The notes under the pieces are model-generated. The model had not been told where the DNA came from. It made no database searches and was given only the letters and a program-made list of their open reading frames with translations. DNA of 64,000 bases from Eledone cirrhosa (taxonomy: Eukaryota). Numbering within the stretch: position 1 is the stretch's first letter; the number at the start of each line of letters is the position of its first letter. The stretch covers positions 202,492,001 to 202,556,000 of the forward strand of contig OZ024743.1 in assembly GCA_964016885.1 (NCBI GenBank), given 5' to 3'. A program made the translations under genes and the position numbers. Below are positions 12,621 through 27,119 of this stretch, one piece after another.

Positions 12621-15600
12621 CATATATGTCTATCTCGCAAACTATCCGTTTGCCTCTTACCTTTCTGTCTTACTTTCCTCTCTTCCCCTTTGTCGCCCAC
12701 AAAACCGTTTGAAATTGCAAATTTAATGAAAATAGACATATCAATCGTTCCAGCATTTACACTTAGACTTGGATATAAGTTTTAATTAAATGAAGGAAAT
12801 AGTTTGATATACCAAGAATATATAGTGAGAAGAGCTTCTAGTATCTTTTATTTCTTTAGTGGAGATTTTCTCAAACTTGAAACCTAGGATTTAGGAAATT
12901 GAAACGATTTATTTGGTTTTACTACATTACGTTTGTCTCGTCAGTTAGTATTTCAGTATATCAATCGGTGATTCGATATATACTGATTAAAACAATGGCA
13001 GTTAGATAGTCACAGCTAACAAAGTTTCGAGCAAGCATCATATAATGTAACTAGCGAAGTAACTAAATAACTAGACAAGAATCATTTATGTTGTTACCTT
13101 GTTAGCTAAAAAAGTAACGCTGTGGTATAGCTAACATATATTTCTTTGAAAGTTTTAAAAAATACTTCTGCTATCGGTATTTAGGTGTGAGCTCATTGTG
13201 ATGATATTCAGTAGGTTGTTGAAGAAGGTTGATTAATTATTTGTAAGTTGTTTTTGGTACCACGGATAGTACCCAAATGTGGAGCAGAATGTGATGTTCG
13301 GCAAGAAATACTTGTAGTTTGTTTAATAAGATATGGGTACGCATTGAACGTGATTGTTTAAAACATCAATGGAGTCTAATTTCAATTATGTTATTTTACT
13401 GATTTTGTTATTTGTAACACTGAAAACAAGGAGGTGTTCAACGCATTCAAAACGTAATTTAAGATTATGTTTATGGGAGCTTTGAAATGACATAATTTAT
13501 AAAATAATTGGTGAGGTAGAGAGTCGTACATATATGCTTATCACATTAATATGCTTTAGGCTGCTGTTTTTGTTTTAAAAACTGCATCTATGGTGTAGTG
13601 TGATCTTTAGTAATTCGAATGCAAATTGTACTATAAGTATTCAGACTACCGACTTTGTAATAGGCTTCTGTCTAGTCAGGAATGCTTAGAGTTATGTTTT
13701 CTGCTAGGAAGATACATCGTTAACTGGAATCCTAATTTCCCCGATATAATTACATCACATATCATTGGATTCATATTTATTTCCTTAATTGTTGCTACTT
13801 CAATACCATGTTTGGTTATAAAATCGTAAATGTGTTTTTAATGTCGTCTATGTTATACAGCATAATGTTTAAATTGGCTCTGTCTTGTATATAATGTATA
13901 AGTTTGTGTGTGAGGAATTTGTTTCTAAAACATGGCATCCGAGTTAACTAGGCTATTTCCTGTGTATATCACTACTGTTCTTGATGAAGTATTATAATGT
14001 GTCGAGTAGTTTGTTTAGTGTATTTCTGAATCGAATTCTTTAGCCACACGTTAGTCTGAATAGAGTAGATATATGATCATATGTGTTACAACCGGGAAAA
14101 TAATTCGGCTACCAGATTCTTCAAGGAAATCGGAAATGTGTAAGACACTAGTGTGTAATTTGAGTAAGACTTGACTCCCAATTTTAGCAAGTCCAAACAC
14201 CAGACAGACGTTCCTTTGCTGGTTAGTGTTATTTGTTAGCGTTTGTTCATGTCGACATTAGATGCGTTTAACGATATTCTAATCGTGATAATCCTGTATT
14301 ATTTTCTTACATATTATATTCAGTATTAATTTATCCTATATATCTAATTATAGTTTAAATGGCTTCATTTTAATATTAGTGTATCGATGTCGTATCATGT
14401 TATATAACCGCAAAAGTGGGGCTGGTTATATTCATTTTTCTCGTTAGAAAATGACACAAAGTTAGTTAAAAGACCAACATACAAGATGGAAATACAAAGC
14501 CCCGCTCTAACACCCCAAACTACTTTCATATCACAATGAACATAACCCTAACAGAGATGATAAACACCAAATAGGAAGATACGCTACGTGGTGACTTCAC
14601 CTGCTAGAAATATCTGCCGAACGTTGCGTCTGTTCTAGAATAAATATAGAAATGTTATATTACACCATGCAAACCTTAATATGCCTAACATGTATAAAAA
14701 TCATGATATGTCATGGATTTATTTTCATTTATTATCTGTCACCTCGATCATAGTGTATAGGAGGCTACCCAATATCAATAAAAAAGACAGCCGTGACTAA
14801 GTCCATACATTCAGAGATAGTGGACAATATACAATAATAGTAAAATAACATTTATAAAAGGAAATGGCATTGTATATATGGTCCCCAAATTCTAAAGAGA
14901 TTGGTAGGGGTGGTGTGTTGACAGGCTTTTCTAGGGCATATTTAAATCTAGCGGCAACCATAATTTCCCAGGCCTGAATACAGCTGATTACTCCAGAGAA
15001 GCATATTGTGAGAGAATGGAAGCGAAAAAGAGACTGAGGAGAAATCGACCCTTGCACTGGATGATACTTTATTATCGACTTTGAATGGATGAAAGGCAAA
15101 CTTGACCACGGCGTATTTGACTTCAATAAACACAGGATCAGAATAAATACAACAACGCATTTTATCCGACATTCTACCGACATGGCCTACTTGCCGCCTT
15201 GAATTGGTATTACAAGAGGCTTAGATATAATGATACATTTTAGGGTGTCGCTTACACGTAACCTTACGCAACCTTTTTGAAGGTGTATGTCTAAGCGACC
15301 AGATTTCTCGGCACACAATCCAAAGGTTGTGAGATAGAATCCCGATGAGTAGTTATGTCTTACAGCAAGACACTTTATGATACGTTGCCCCTATCTCGTC
15401 AACTGAAAGTAAAAAATAGATTGTACATATAATTTTAAGGGACAGGTTTGTGCCACAATCTTCCCCGAGAAACTACGGTACGGGTGTAAGGCGTGCCATT
15501 TGAATCCTCAGTCACAATCATGTTAAGTCTACGAGCAAGCACTTCCGCTGTTTGAACGTTTCGAACACGCGTCATCGGAATAGCCTGATGTCAAATACAC

Positions 15601-16274
15601 ATACAAAGATTGCTCTTCAAATACACCCATTCTATTACTTGATATGGAATATCAAAAATAAAGTCCATTAATTCATGGTAGATACATCTTTTGTCATTGG
15701 CCTGCTCCATCATGGAAGATTTGAGGGTTAAAGAACAACAATAAGTCGTACTTTACCAAATGAGTCTTGTAAACTTTGCGACATATATTTACATTCGCCA
15801 ATTTCGCATAATATTAGTGCGTTTGATTACTACAACTTCGATTATTAACAAATCGATAAATACTATAATCCTGCAAATATTTCCTTTCTTATGATGAACA
15901 GCTGTAGTCTGTGGAGAAATTAGTGATCGGAGACAATATCTTAGCTAAATTACTTTCTAATTAATATATCAAATTACACTTATCGAGTGTGTCTATATGA
16001 ATATCTATAATGCCATTATATGTTTAACTGTTGATTGCCTTTTGAATATCTGTTTATGATAGTAGGTACATATCATATATATGTGTATGTATGTATTAAT
16101 CACTGAATATATGTACGCACACATGTATGCAGATATAAATTTCTATCAATATATATATATTATATATTTAGACGCGCACACATACTCATATATATTTGTG
16201 CATGTGTGTATATGTATGTTTTCATAGAATAAATATATACATAAACACATACATACATACACACAAACACACAA

Positions 16275-16371
<97 letters not shown>

Positions 16372-16669
16372 CATAATAAAATGACGATTTGTAATGTCTT
16401 CATTACGTTTATTAAGAAGTGGCGCACGTTTGGCTATTGATCAGCTCAAGATATATCTATAAGGATCTGGCTATATTCTGGATTCAAAAGCTTGTCGGTC
16501 CTCATGTGTCATTACCACAGCAGATGTCGGGCGAGCTTTTGATTCCAGAGACGGGCCATATCGATACAGATCGAATCTTAAGTTTATCAATAGCGAAACG
16601 CGCGTCACTACACGATAAAGGTAATGATGGCAAAACAAATCGTCCTTTTATTATCATATTTACCAATAT

Positions 16670-16856
16670 GGGCGGAGGATCGGCAGTATCGGTAGAGGGT
16701 CGGACGCCATGCTTTCTAGCATAGTTACGTCTTTTTATGGCCTGAGTTCAAATACCGCCGAGGTTAACTTTGTCTTACCTCCTTACGGGTCGATAAAATA
16801 AAATACCAGCAATGCACTCGGATAATTGCTGGCCTTGTGCCAAAAGCAGAAACAAT
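16670..16856 (+). mobile_element. tRNA-derived SINE with Nin/Deu-like domain
   Basis: Same family as 10988-11158. Confidence 0.8.
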
Positions 16857-16964
16857 TTGTCATATTTACACTCAGTTTAGTTCTACACTTCGTTACAGAC
16901 GGGAAACTATGTATTGAGTGCTCACTCGGGCGAACCTACATTAACTGCACGTTACACTCCCTAT

Positions 16965-18380
16965 AATGCGTCGGGATCTATTTATTCTAGGTCTATTCCG
17001 TACTCTGTATATACTACCTTATCGACAAATCCACTCCGAGCAAGAGCTTCATTGTAATATGTGGAATGGCCGTTGAAAATATGCTCGTTAGTAGATAGAC
17101 GTGAAAGCCTGAAAGAAACGTTTCTTACCAGGTTCTTGGTTATGTTGGCAGGATGGTTAGAATGCTTACTTATGTAATTAAGCGTATCATTCGGCTTTCT
17201 ATACGGGTAATGCACGCCATTCGATAAATTGAGGGTAACTTCGAGGTAATTAACGACCGAGAGTTTGGCCTCAACCTGTATGGAAAGGTTGAAGCCTTTA
17301 AAGAAGGCTGTGAGTTTTTTTATGAATCTTTCGCAAGCACGTGGGCCGGACTTAGTCATGGTCAAAAGACCATCATCACGGTACAAACCACAGCCCACGT
17401 TGGGGAATTCTTAAAGATCACAAATCCAATTTTCCGAACAACCCCTCTATTCGGCTTATTAACCCTACGAAGTCCGATTTAGGTAGACTTAGTAAAAGGA
17501 TTCTTGATAGAATTATACCTGAAATTAGAAGTTTGGCCCCTCTTGCACTGTGGAACAATTCTTTCGCGGTGATTGATTGGTTCAACGGCATATGTAACAA
17601 GGAACATTGCCGTTTTATCCAATTCGACATCAATAATTACTACTCCTCCATCACTTTACCACTTCTCCTTAGAGCTATCAATTTCGCTAAAACCCTCACA
17701 GTGGTTAAGGATTTCGAAGTTGATGTCATCCTCGGTGATGACAAAAAAAGTCGGTGATTAATTTCGACGACTCTATTTGGATTAAAAAATCTAATAGTAC
17801 CCCATTCGACGTGAGTATGGGCGCCAGCAATCCTGCGGATGTTACTGATCTTATCAGCCTTTTCCTTCTTTTCTCTATCAAGGAAATAACCCCAACGTGG
17901 GCAGTGGTTTGTACCGTGATGATGGTCTTTTGACCATGACTAAGTGCGGCCTACGTGCTTGCGACAGGTTCAGAAAAGAACTCACAGCCTTCTTTAAAGA
18001 CTTCAACCTCTCCATACATGTTTAGGCCAACCTCACGGTCGTCAATTACCTCGACGTTACCCTCAATTTACCCGTATAGAAACCGAATGATACGGTTAAT
18101 TACATAAGTAAGCATTCTAACCATCCTGTAAGCATAACCAAGAACCTGGTGAGAAACGTTTCTTTGAGGCTTTCACGTCTATCTACTAACGAGCATATTT
18201 TCAACAACCTTTCCACATATTACAACGAAGCTCTTGCTCAATAAGGTAGCATATACAGAGTACGAAAATAGACCTAGAAGAAATAGATCCCGACGTATTA
18301 TATGGTAATACCCACCATATAATATGGAGGTGGCCACACCATTAGCTAAGATCTTTCTCTCCCCTATTATGAAGCATTTT
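16965..18380. mobile_element. Rearranged Penelope-like element (Naiad-type RT) fragment with an internal inverted duplication
   Basis: The + strand encodes KDHKSNFPNNPSIRLINPTKSDLGRLSK...VIDWF...FIQFDINNYYSSI...GLYRDDGL with frameshifts. About 16965-17405 is an inverted copy of about 17890-18303. Confidence 0.88.
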
Positions 18381-18386
18381 CACCCT

Positions 18387-18517
<131 letters not shown>

Positions 18518-18979
18518 ATTTTAACGTTATTTGTCTATAAAATAAAAATATAGTCTTTTCTGCTGGGCATATATACCCTGAATCCAGAAGGAAATGTGTG
18601 CACCATCGGCCATGCAATATCCCACGCAAGCAATATACCGTTATCTCATGATTACCAATCACTCCAAAGCCATACCGACAATTATTTCTGTTACATTAAG
18701 ACTCATACAACCGGCTGTAAATGTAAACAATCTATTTTCAGAATCTATTTTCAGAAACGATATGAATTTTCAAGGTTAGATGTGTGACATTTTTTACAAC
18801 CTTAAAATCCATTTATGTGTATAACGCTACGCTGGAGATTTGTTTCATGTAAGCCTTGTCTGTATGATGCTACAGTGTACATGTATCTGTCCGTTTGTAT
18901 ATTTATATTTTGTATTAGTGTTATTATGCATGAATATATGTATGTATATACAGTTAGTCTTCAAATCTATTATTATTAC

Positions 18980-19013
<34 letters not shown>

Positions 19014-19163
19014 ATAATTAAAATACTAGAGTGCGTTGGAGTTAAACACACTCGTCGTATTATGGAAATGACAGTATAAGATATAGCTCAATGTAATATA
19101 ACAGAGCCGAAAAATTATAAAAAATAAACAAAGAGGGTTTCAATACATCAAAAGTCTTTATTA

Positions 19164-19204
19164 GCCAACAATGTTTCGTCCCATTAATAAGGACTCATCA
19201 GGGC
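19164..19204 (-). ncRNA. Canonical minimal type I hammerhead motif in a probable PLE 3' remnant
   Basis: GCC-CTGATGA-GTCC ttattaatg GGAC-GAAA-CATTG-TT-GGC. The nearby motif AGCTCAATGTAATA is shared with the pLTR tail at about 32380. Confidence 0.85.
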
Positions 19205-20065
19205 AAGCAAAGAGACAAGAAGCATTAACGGCCAGAACAAGCCAAAACTCAGAAGAATAGGGAAGTTATATTTATGAAACTTAGGAGAGATATCAAGGAA
19301 AAGCATGCTAAAGCTAAAAGTGTGCGGATACATATATAGACTATAGGGCAAGAAAGTGAGTAACATGTCAAACCTACGTTGAAAGTACAGTATAATACAT
19401 GAAACACAACATGGTAATATAATGTGAGAATTACAATATGATATAGAATACAATATAATGGATAATAAGGAATAAAAAGCTTAATATATGTATATATATA
19501 TATATCCATATATATACACATTTACACAAACACATACTAACACTTATTAAGTATTTAAATATAAATATACTCGTTATAATAAAAAAAAACCTTTATAATA
19601 GAGTAAACCAATCACCACGACGTTGTGCATAAACAATACAGAAAACAATAGAATAATATACTGACATAAAATAATATACAAAACTACATCATACATATTA
19701 TTTAAGGTCAATAAATTGTATATAAAGTTTTTCACATGGTAAGAAAAAATATCATACAAAACTAAAGTATGTTGAAAAAATATATATAAATACATAAAGT
19801 ATTGACAATAAATAAATAGAGGTATAGGCAGTTTACATTGATAAAATATTACAAAATGTTACAAAACAGTACCTCAAATATCTGACATATATTAATATCT
19901 ATAATTCAATTACATAAAAATAATATGATATATCAATGTTAATATTATAATAGCAGACAGACAGAGTCAATGGAAAATGCTTAAGACATATTTACGCGAT
20001 TGATATAGGGAGACATATTATGATACAATAACATATGATAGGAAGACATATCATTTTTATAATTT

Positions 20066-20148
<83 letters not shown>

Positions 20149-20287
20149 ACGTGTGTATGTGCGCGCCTGTGACTTCTTTGCTTTTAAATGTTACAGTGAA
20201 AACTGTATTTGAATCCGAATTTGATCTTTATCATATTTTTTAGTTAGTATATTTAATATGTTATCACTTTTCGTCGGACAACATGGT

Positions 20288-20433
20288 TTATGGCATAGAA
20301 TTACGACCCTTTCCGATCTGCGTTCAAATCCTTATGAGGTCGATAAAATAAAGTACCACCAATGCACAAGGGTTAATTTAATCATTTTCCCCTCCCACAA
20401 AATTGTTGGCCTTGTGCCTAAATCAGAAACCAA
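20288..20433 (+). mobile_element. Internally deleted Nin/Deu-type SINE
   Basis: GTTCAAATCC, GTCGATAAAATAAAGTACCA and GGCCTTGTGCCTAAA motifs. Confidence 0.7.
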
Positions 20434-21321
20434 TATTTCAAAATTTTGTTTCTTCCTTGAAGCAGCGTTTCTGTATCCATTACTATTTCTTAATCCATTA
20501 ACGTTTTAAGATCTTTTCGAACACATCTTAACTCTAAAGTTATAATAGTGAAGAATTATGGATGCCTTTTGTTGTAGGTAATAAAGGCTTGTGGGAATAG
20601 TGATGTAACTGATTAAAATGTCAGCTCAATATTTAAAAAAATAGATTAAAGTTAAACTCCTCGCTTTTATACTTTCTCTCATATGCGCTATATTTTTTCG
20701 TTCATTTGCTCATACTGATAATAAAATGTCCATGCTTAATTCTAGGAAATTCTGTTTAAGATGGTAATGTTATCAAATATTAATCCTTCTATCTTCCTTG
20801 TTTGATCAGTATTATAATGTGTGTTTGTATCTATGTGTTTGTATGTGTGTATGTGAGTACGTGTATGTGATTGTGTGTTTGTAAGCATAAATATTCGCAA
20901 CCTGTATCATCGATGCCACGTACATATACACAGAAGCACATGAATACATGCAAGCAAAAACACAAACTGTCAGTGATATACGAATACATGAAAAGCAAAC
21001 AAACTCTAATACACACTGTAACAAACTCACAGACAAACACACACACACACGCACACACGCACACATGCATACAATGTGACTCACGAATATATGCACTCAG
21101 ACACAAATAGACCTACAATGACACGCGAATACATGCACAACACGCTCACACAGTGACATAGGAGTATATACAAGCAGGCACACATACAGGTGGAAATGCA
21201 CTTACAGAGTACTGTAAACAAAGGTAGATATTAAAAAAAAACTCATAGTTAATAACTCTATGATCGTATAAAGTATTCATTGAATTAACTCTGGAAGATT
21301 TATAGTATAATAATTCCTGAT

Positions 21322-21742
21322 TTAGGTACAAGGCCAACAATGTTGTGGGTGGGAAATTCGATTAAATAGACACGAGTACATTACTGGTACTTTATTTATC
21401 GACCCCGTAAGAATGAAATGTAAAGATAACCTTGGTGGGATTTGAACTCAGAACGTAAAGGGCCGTAACTCTAACTCTATGCTTCAAATCATCTTGTCCG
21501 AGGCTTCTCAGATTCTGCCAACTTAATAGAATAATGATTTATTTTATAGTCACAAGGTCAGTAATTTGGCGGAGGGGAAAGTCGATGAAATCAACACCAG
21601 TTCATCACTGGTACTTTATTTATTGACTCATTAAGGATGAAAAGTAAAGATAACCACGGCGGGATTTGAACTCAGAACGTAAAGAGCCGTAACTCTATGC
21701 TTCAAAGCATATTGTCAGAGGCTCTACAGATTCTGCCAATTT
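21322..21742 (-). mobile_element. Two tandem Nin/Deu-type SINE copies
   Basis: CTGGTACTTTATTTAT...GGGATTTGAACTCAGAACGTAAAG occurs twice. Confidence 0.75.
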
Positions 21743-21856
21743 AATAGAATAATAATATCAAAATTTGAGTGTGAAATATTGTATGAAAGAATACATACAT
21801 ACACGGCCGTACACAGACTCACACCTACATACATATATACATGCATATATATGCAC

Positions 21857-22460
21857 ATGGTGGCTGCCAACTCGTTTTCGAGTACGGCCACTACTTTATA
21901 TCCATGTAGGAGAACCCCTACCGATGCGCTGAACGAGTGTGACTTTTGAGTCCAGCCAGCGACTTGATAACTCTGGTACAAACACTACACTTGTGACAAT
22001 TATTGACACATAGTGCTGGGCCCATGGTACCATGTGACAAGTGCAGAGAGATCTCCAGATATAAAGCAATGCCTGTGCCATGAAGCTTTTATAGTGAGCA
22101 AAGGCATTGCACAGAGCCAGTCCCACTCTCTTAACCAAGATGATATTTACCAAAAAGTAGAACAAGTCAACATCATTGGATACCATCAGGGTTGCAGGTG
22201 TTATATCAGAGTTTTCCTTCTCCTAGAATTCTGCCTTGACAAAGGCTAAGGGGTCATCTCTCCCGGTGATTTTGGATGGCCATTGACTCTTAAGAGCTCC
22301 TTTGCCCTTTGACAGGTTTTGTTTTTAGTCCTGCAGGATGTCCAAAGTCACCCTCCTCACCAAGAAACCTTGGTGGGGTTGCCAGTTTAGTCGCCAACGA
22401 CCCGACCATGAAACAGGTTGTACTGGGATACATGTTACCAGTAGCACCAACTGGTGACCT
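21857..22460 (-). mobile_element. Non-autonomous RTE-derived element (about 600 bp)
   Basis: Highly similar to 53106-53695. Has an RTE 5'UTR-like GGAGAAGGAAAACTCTGA motif, a C2H2 remnant near the 3' end and an (ATGT)-type tail. Confidence 0.72.
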
Positions 22461-22469
22461 GACATAGAT

Positions 22470-23835
22470 ATATACATATATACGCAAGCACATACAAGCA
22501 GCAGCAAACACACACACACACATACATACATATATACGCAGACACATACAAGCAGCAGCAAACACACATACACTTATATACATACATATATACACAGACA
22601 CATACAAGCAGCAGCAAACACACACACATATATGCATACATACATATATACGCAGACACATACAAGCAGCAGCAAACACACACACACATATATACATACA
22701 TATATACGCAGACACATAGAAGCAGCAGAAAACACACACACACATATATACATATATACATACATATATACGCAGACACATAGAATCAGCAGCAAACACA
22801 CACACACACACACATATATGCATACATATATACGCAGGCACATACAAGCAGCAGCAAACACACACACACATATATACATGCATATATACGCAGACACATA
22901 CAAGCAGCAGCAAACACACACACACACATATACATACATATATACGCAGACACATAGAAGCAGCAGCAAACACACACACACACACACATATATGCATACA
23001 TATATACACAGACACATACAAGCAGCAGGAAACACACACACACATATACATACATATATACGCAGACAAATACAAGCAGCAGCAAACACACATACACATA
23101 TATACATGCATATATACGCAGACACATAGAAGCAGCAGCAAACACACATACACATATATACATATATACGCAGGCACATACAGGCATCAGCAAACACACA
23201 CACACATATATACATACATATATACACAGACACATACAAGCAGCAGCAAACACATATACACATATATACATACATATATACACAGACACATGCAAGCAGC
23301 AGCAAACACACACACACATATATACATATATACATACATATATACGCAGACACATAGAAGCAGCAGCAAACACACACACACATATATGCATACATATATA
23401 CACAGACACATACAAGCAGCAGCAAACACACACACACATATACATACATATATACGCAGACAAATACAAGCAGCAGCAAACACACATCCACATATATACA
23501 TGCATATATACGCAGACACATAGAAGCAGCAGCAAACACACATACACATATATACATATATACGCAGGCACATACAGGCATCAGCAAACACACACACACA
23601 CATATATACATACATACATATATACGCAGGCACATACAAGCAGCAGCAAACACACACACATATATACATGCATATATACGCAGACACATAGAAGCAGCAG
23701 CAAACACACATACACATATATACATATATACGCAGGCACATACAGGCATCAGCAAACACACACACACACATATATATACATACATACATATATACGCAGA
23801 CACATACAAGCAGCAGCAAACACACACGCACATAC
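22470..23835. repeat. Minisatellite of about 50-60 bp units (GACACATACAAGCAGCAGCAAACACA...TATACGCA)
   Basis: About 25 variable-length units. It is the source of the spurious long ORFs in this region. Confidence 0.95.
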
Positions 23836-24433
23836 ATATAGTATATACATAGGTACATTCATACATACATCCATTAATACATGCATACTTACATAAATGA
23901 ATAAATAGGTGATTAAATATATAAACAATTAAATAAATGCTTAAATACTTACATTTATACTTACATACATATGTATACATACATATATACATACATGCAT
24001 CCAAACATACATACATTCACACATACATACACACATACACACGTACATACATACACACATGCAAATACATTCACATAATTATATACATAGATACATGATG
24101 GCTGACCCTCGTTATCGAGTATGGCCATTGCACGAGAAAAATAAATACATATATATATATACATATATATATATATACATATATATAGTTACATATATAT
24201 TAATAACAATATTAATAATAATAATAACAACAACAATAATAATAAACAACAACAACAATAATAATATACATATATATACATATATACACACACACACACG
24301 CACACACATAAACCTATCTATACACACAAACACACGTTAGCAACTAACAGCGCTGCACTATAGTTAATTAGTTGATATATCGATTACGTTATCTATCCAC
24401 CTGTCGAACCACCCAAGTATCTATCTATTTATC

Positions 24434-24554
<121 letters not shown>

Positions 24555-24559
24555 TATGT

Positions 24560-24840
24560 ATTAGAAAGTGAGGGTTTTTTTACAAAATGAAAAATAACCG
24601 AGGAGTCCTACACGAGTGAAAGTATAAAGAAAAAAAGATGAAATCGAAAATGCAACCGGGGTCTTATTTAAAAAAAAATATATATATCTATTTGGTTCCT
24701 TTACCGGTTTCGCAGTTCTTCTGCTTTTCAAAAGTAGAGTTGAGATGGAGGTTCTATGGTTTTTCTCACACGTGAGAAAAACCACAGATCCTCCATCTCA
24801 ACTCCAGTTGCATTTTCGATTTCATCTTTTTTTCTTTATA
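24560..24840. mobile_element. Fold-back pLTR-type element with U3-A8 hammerhead (24698-24736, - strand)
   Basis: Relatives at 41420-41660, 55272-55428 and about 58250-58395. CTT-TTGAAAA-GCAG aagaa CTGC-GAAA-CCGG-TA-AAG, with an adjacent hairpin of about 29 bp (24741-24800). Confidence 0.72.
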
Positions 24841-26356
24841 TATATGTATATATATATATATATCAATTATATCTATGTAGCTCTCTATGTACTACCACTT
24901 ATCTAACAATCTGTCTTTCTGTATGTCGATATATCTGTCAATTTATCCACCTATATATTTCTGTATATAAATATGTGTGTGTGTGTTAGCCTATGTAAGT
25001 ATGTATGTGTTTGTGTATGTCAATATTTCTATTTGCTTCTATATGTGCATTCATTTATTAAGCATTTACTTAAAATGTACGACAAAAATGCAACTTTCTC
25101 ACTACCTATTATCATTTAAAATTGTTTAGTGAAAATCATCTGCCTAGACTATATATATCCTCCATCTATCGAAACTCTAGTGATTTCGAGCTTATTGTGT
25201 ACTTTAACGTGATCGTCTTCAAGTGAACTGTGTGATGACAACTCCCTGCTTCATAACGAAAGCAATATCCTCTGCTGACGGCATTGATGGACGGAATAAT
25301 AAAGTCCCTTTAAGGAATGTTTGAGACGATCAATAAAAGCTTACATTGTCACTGTAGCAGTGATTGATGGTATTTTAATTTTCTTTTTTCTTTTCGCAAT
25401 TAGGAAACTCCATGTGCCCCAAAACTATCCACTTAGGATGCAGTTTTCGAAAGTAAAATCCGTTTTCCACTATGACGCACAATTTCGGACCCTTTCGGCG
25501 ATATACACTCACGCATAAACGCACAACTTTCAAATATATTATCCAAGTCCACCAACCCCCCGTCCCCTCAATCTATCGTATTTATCATTTTTTCTTCTGA
25601 TGAAGAACTAACGTTCGAAACGTTATGACCATCTTCCTGCTATATCAAGCATTAATCTAATATATCCCCTCTGTAACGATTGTGTTGTTATTTCTGTTTT
25701 CATTGTACATACGTACATACATCTATATATCATACATTGAGTTAGAAACTCAAAATAGTCTTTTACAATTAAATAGCTCAAAGAAAGGAATCTTTCCGAG
25801 CCGTGTAATATAATTCAATATACCAGAGAGATGAACACAGATATAAGTATACATGTGTTCCAATTGCAAATGACCAAGTTAGCTAGGTTGAAAAAATACC
25901 AATTTAAAACAATATGGTTTGCTTGACTCGATTTAAAGTAATAAATCAATAAAAATAAAAAAGCTATATCGGGAAACAGCCTTTGATACCCAGAGAGACC
26001 TAAATCTGTTTCGCAAGCATTATTAAGTGAAAGCCACAATTCCTGTGCTCTTCAAGGGGTTTCCAGGAAATTCGTACCTTTCACTTCAAAGGATCTAAGA
26101 AGACTGAACGATATGCTGATATAAAAGCACATGTCGCAGCGCCTAGCGCGTCTCATACTCGTGCCGTGAAAAATAGCAGCCAGGTTTATGAGACTAAAGT
26201 TAGCTCTACGTAAGGATTGAGCCATTTAATTGTAAAAGACTATTTTCAGTTTCTAACTCAATCTATGATATTCTCGGCTCCTTACGTAGAGCTAACTTTA
26301 GTCTCACAAACCCGGCCTGCTATCTGTTTTCATCCCTCTCATATATTCAATTATAT

Positions 26357-26399
<43 letters not shown>

Positions 26400-26533
26400 G
26401 TGTGTGTGTGTCTGTGTGTCTATGTATATATATATGTATATATTCATTAAAATAACAGATTCATTAAAATAACAGATTAAAGTTTAAGCAAAAATCGGTG
26501 CTTTCACCCTTAACGGGATCTTCTGAAACATTA

Positions 26534-26600
<67 letters not shown>

Positions 26601-27066
26601 GTACTTCTCCTTCTATGTGGACGAACTTGTGCGTGTGTTCTTGTTCGTCTGTGTATGCATATGTCTATTTATGTGTGTGTGTGTATGAATTTATATCGAA
26701 ACTCTCTACGTATTCGTCATCGAAACATCACGAATATTGGTACAGAGCCGACCTCTGCCAGAAAATGACGGCACCGTAACATCGTCACGCCTAAAGGAGT
26801 ACTCACCAGACTGGCTGATATTTGATTTTGAAAGTTAGTAATCTGACTTTAAAGTTAGACTAAATGCTCATTGTTCGTTGGCAAGGAACAATTTTCTGTG
26901 AATAATATCACACAACTATTTCTATTTATTAATTTCACTATTCCTTTTTGGGATTATGTACACTTCAATAATGTATCCGTATGTTTCTATGTATGTATGT
27001 GCCTATATACACACACAGATATATATATATAGACATGTATGTAATATATATATAGAGAGAGATATG

Positions 27067-27118
<52 letters not shown>

Positions 27119-27119
<1 letters not shown>

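Noticed and set aside
14935-15085. Possible plus-strand terminal exon (TTTTCTAG|GIFKSSGNHNF...YYRL*, followed by AATAAA)
   Set aside because: No recognisable homology and it conflicts with equally weak minus-strand ORFs; cannot be supported without RNA data.
22290-24016. Long 223-480 aa Cys/Val/Tyr-rich ORFs
   Set aside because: Stop-free readings of the minisatellite in several frames.
25593-25630. CTGATGA-AGAACTAACGTTC-GAAACGTTA hammerhead-like motif
   Set aside because: Core and stem II are present but stem I does not pair; at best a decayed copy.
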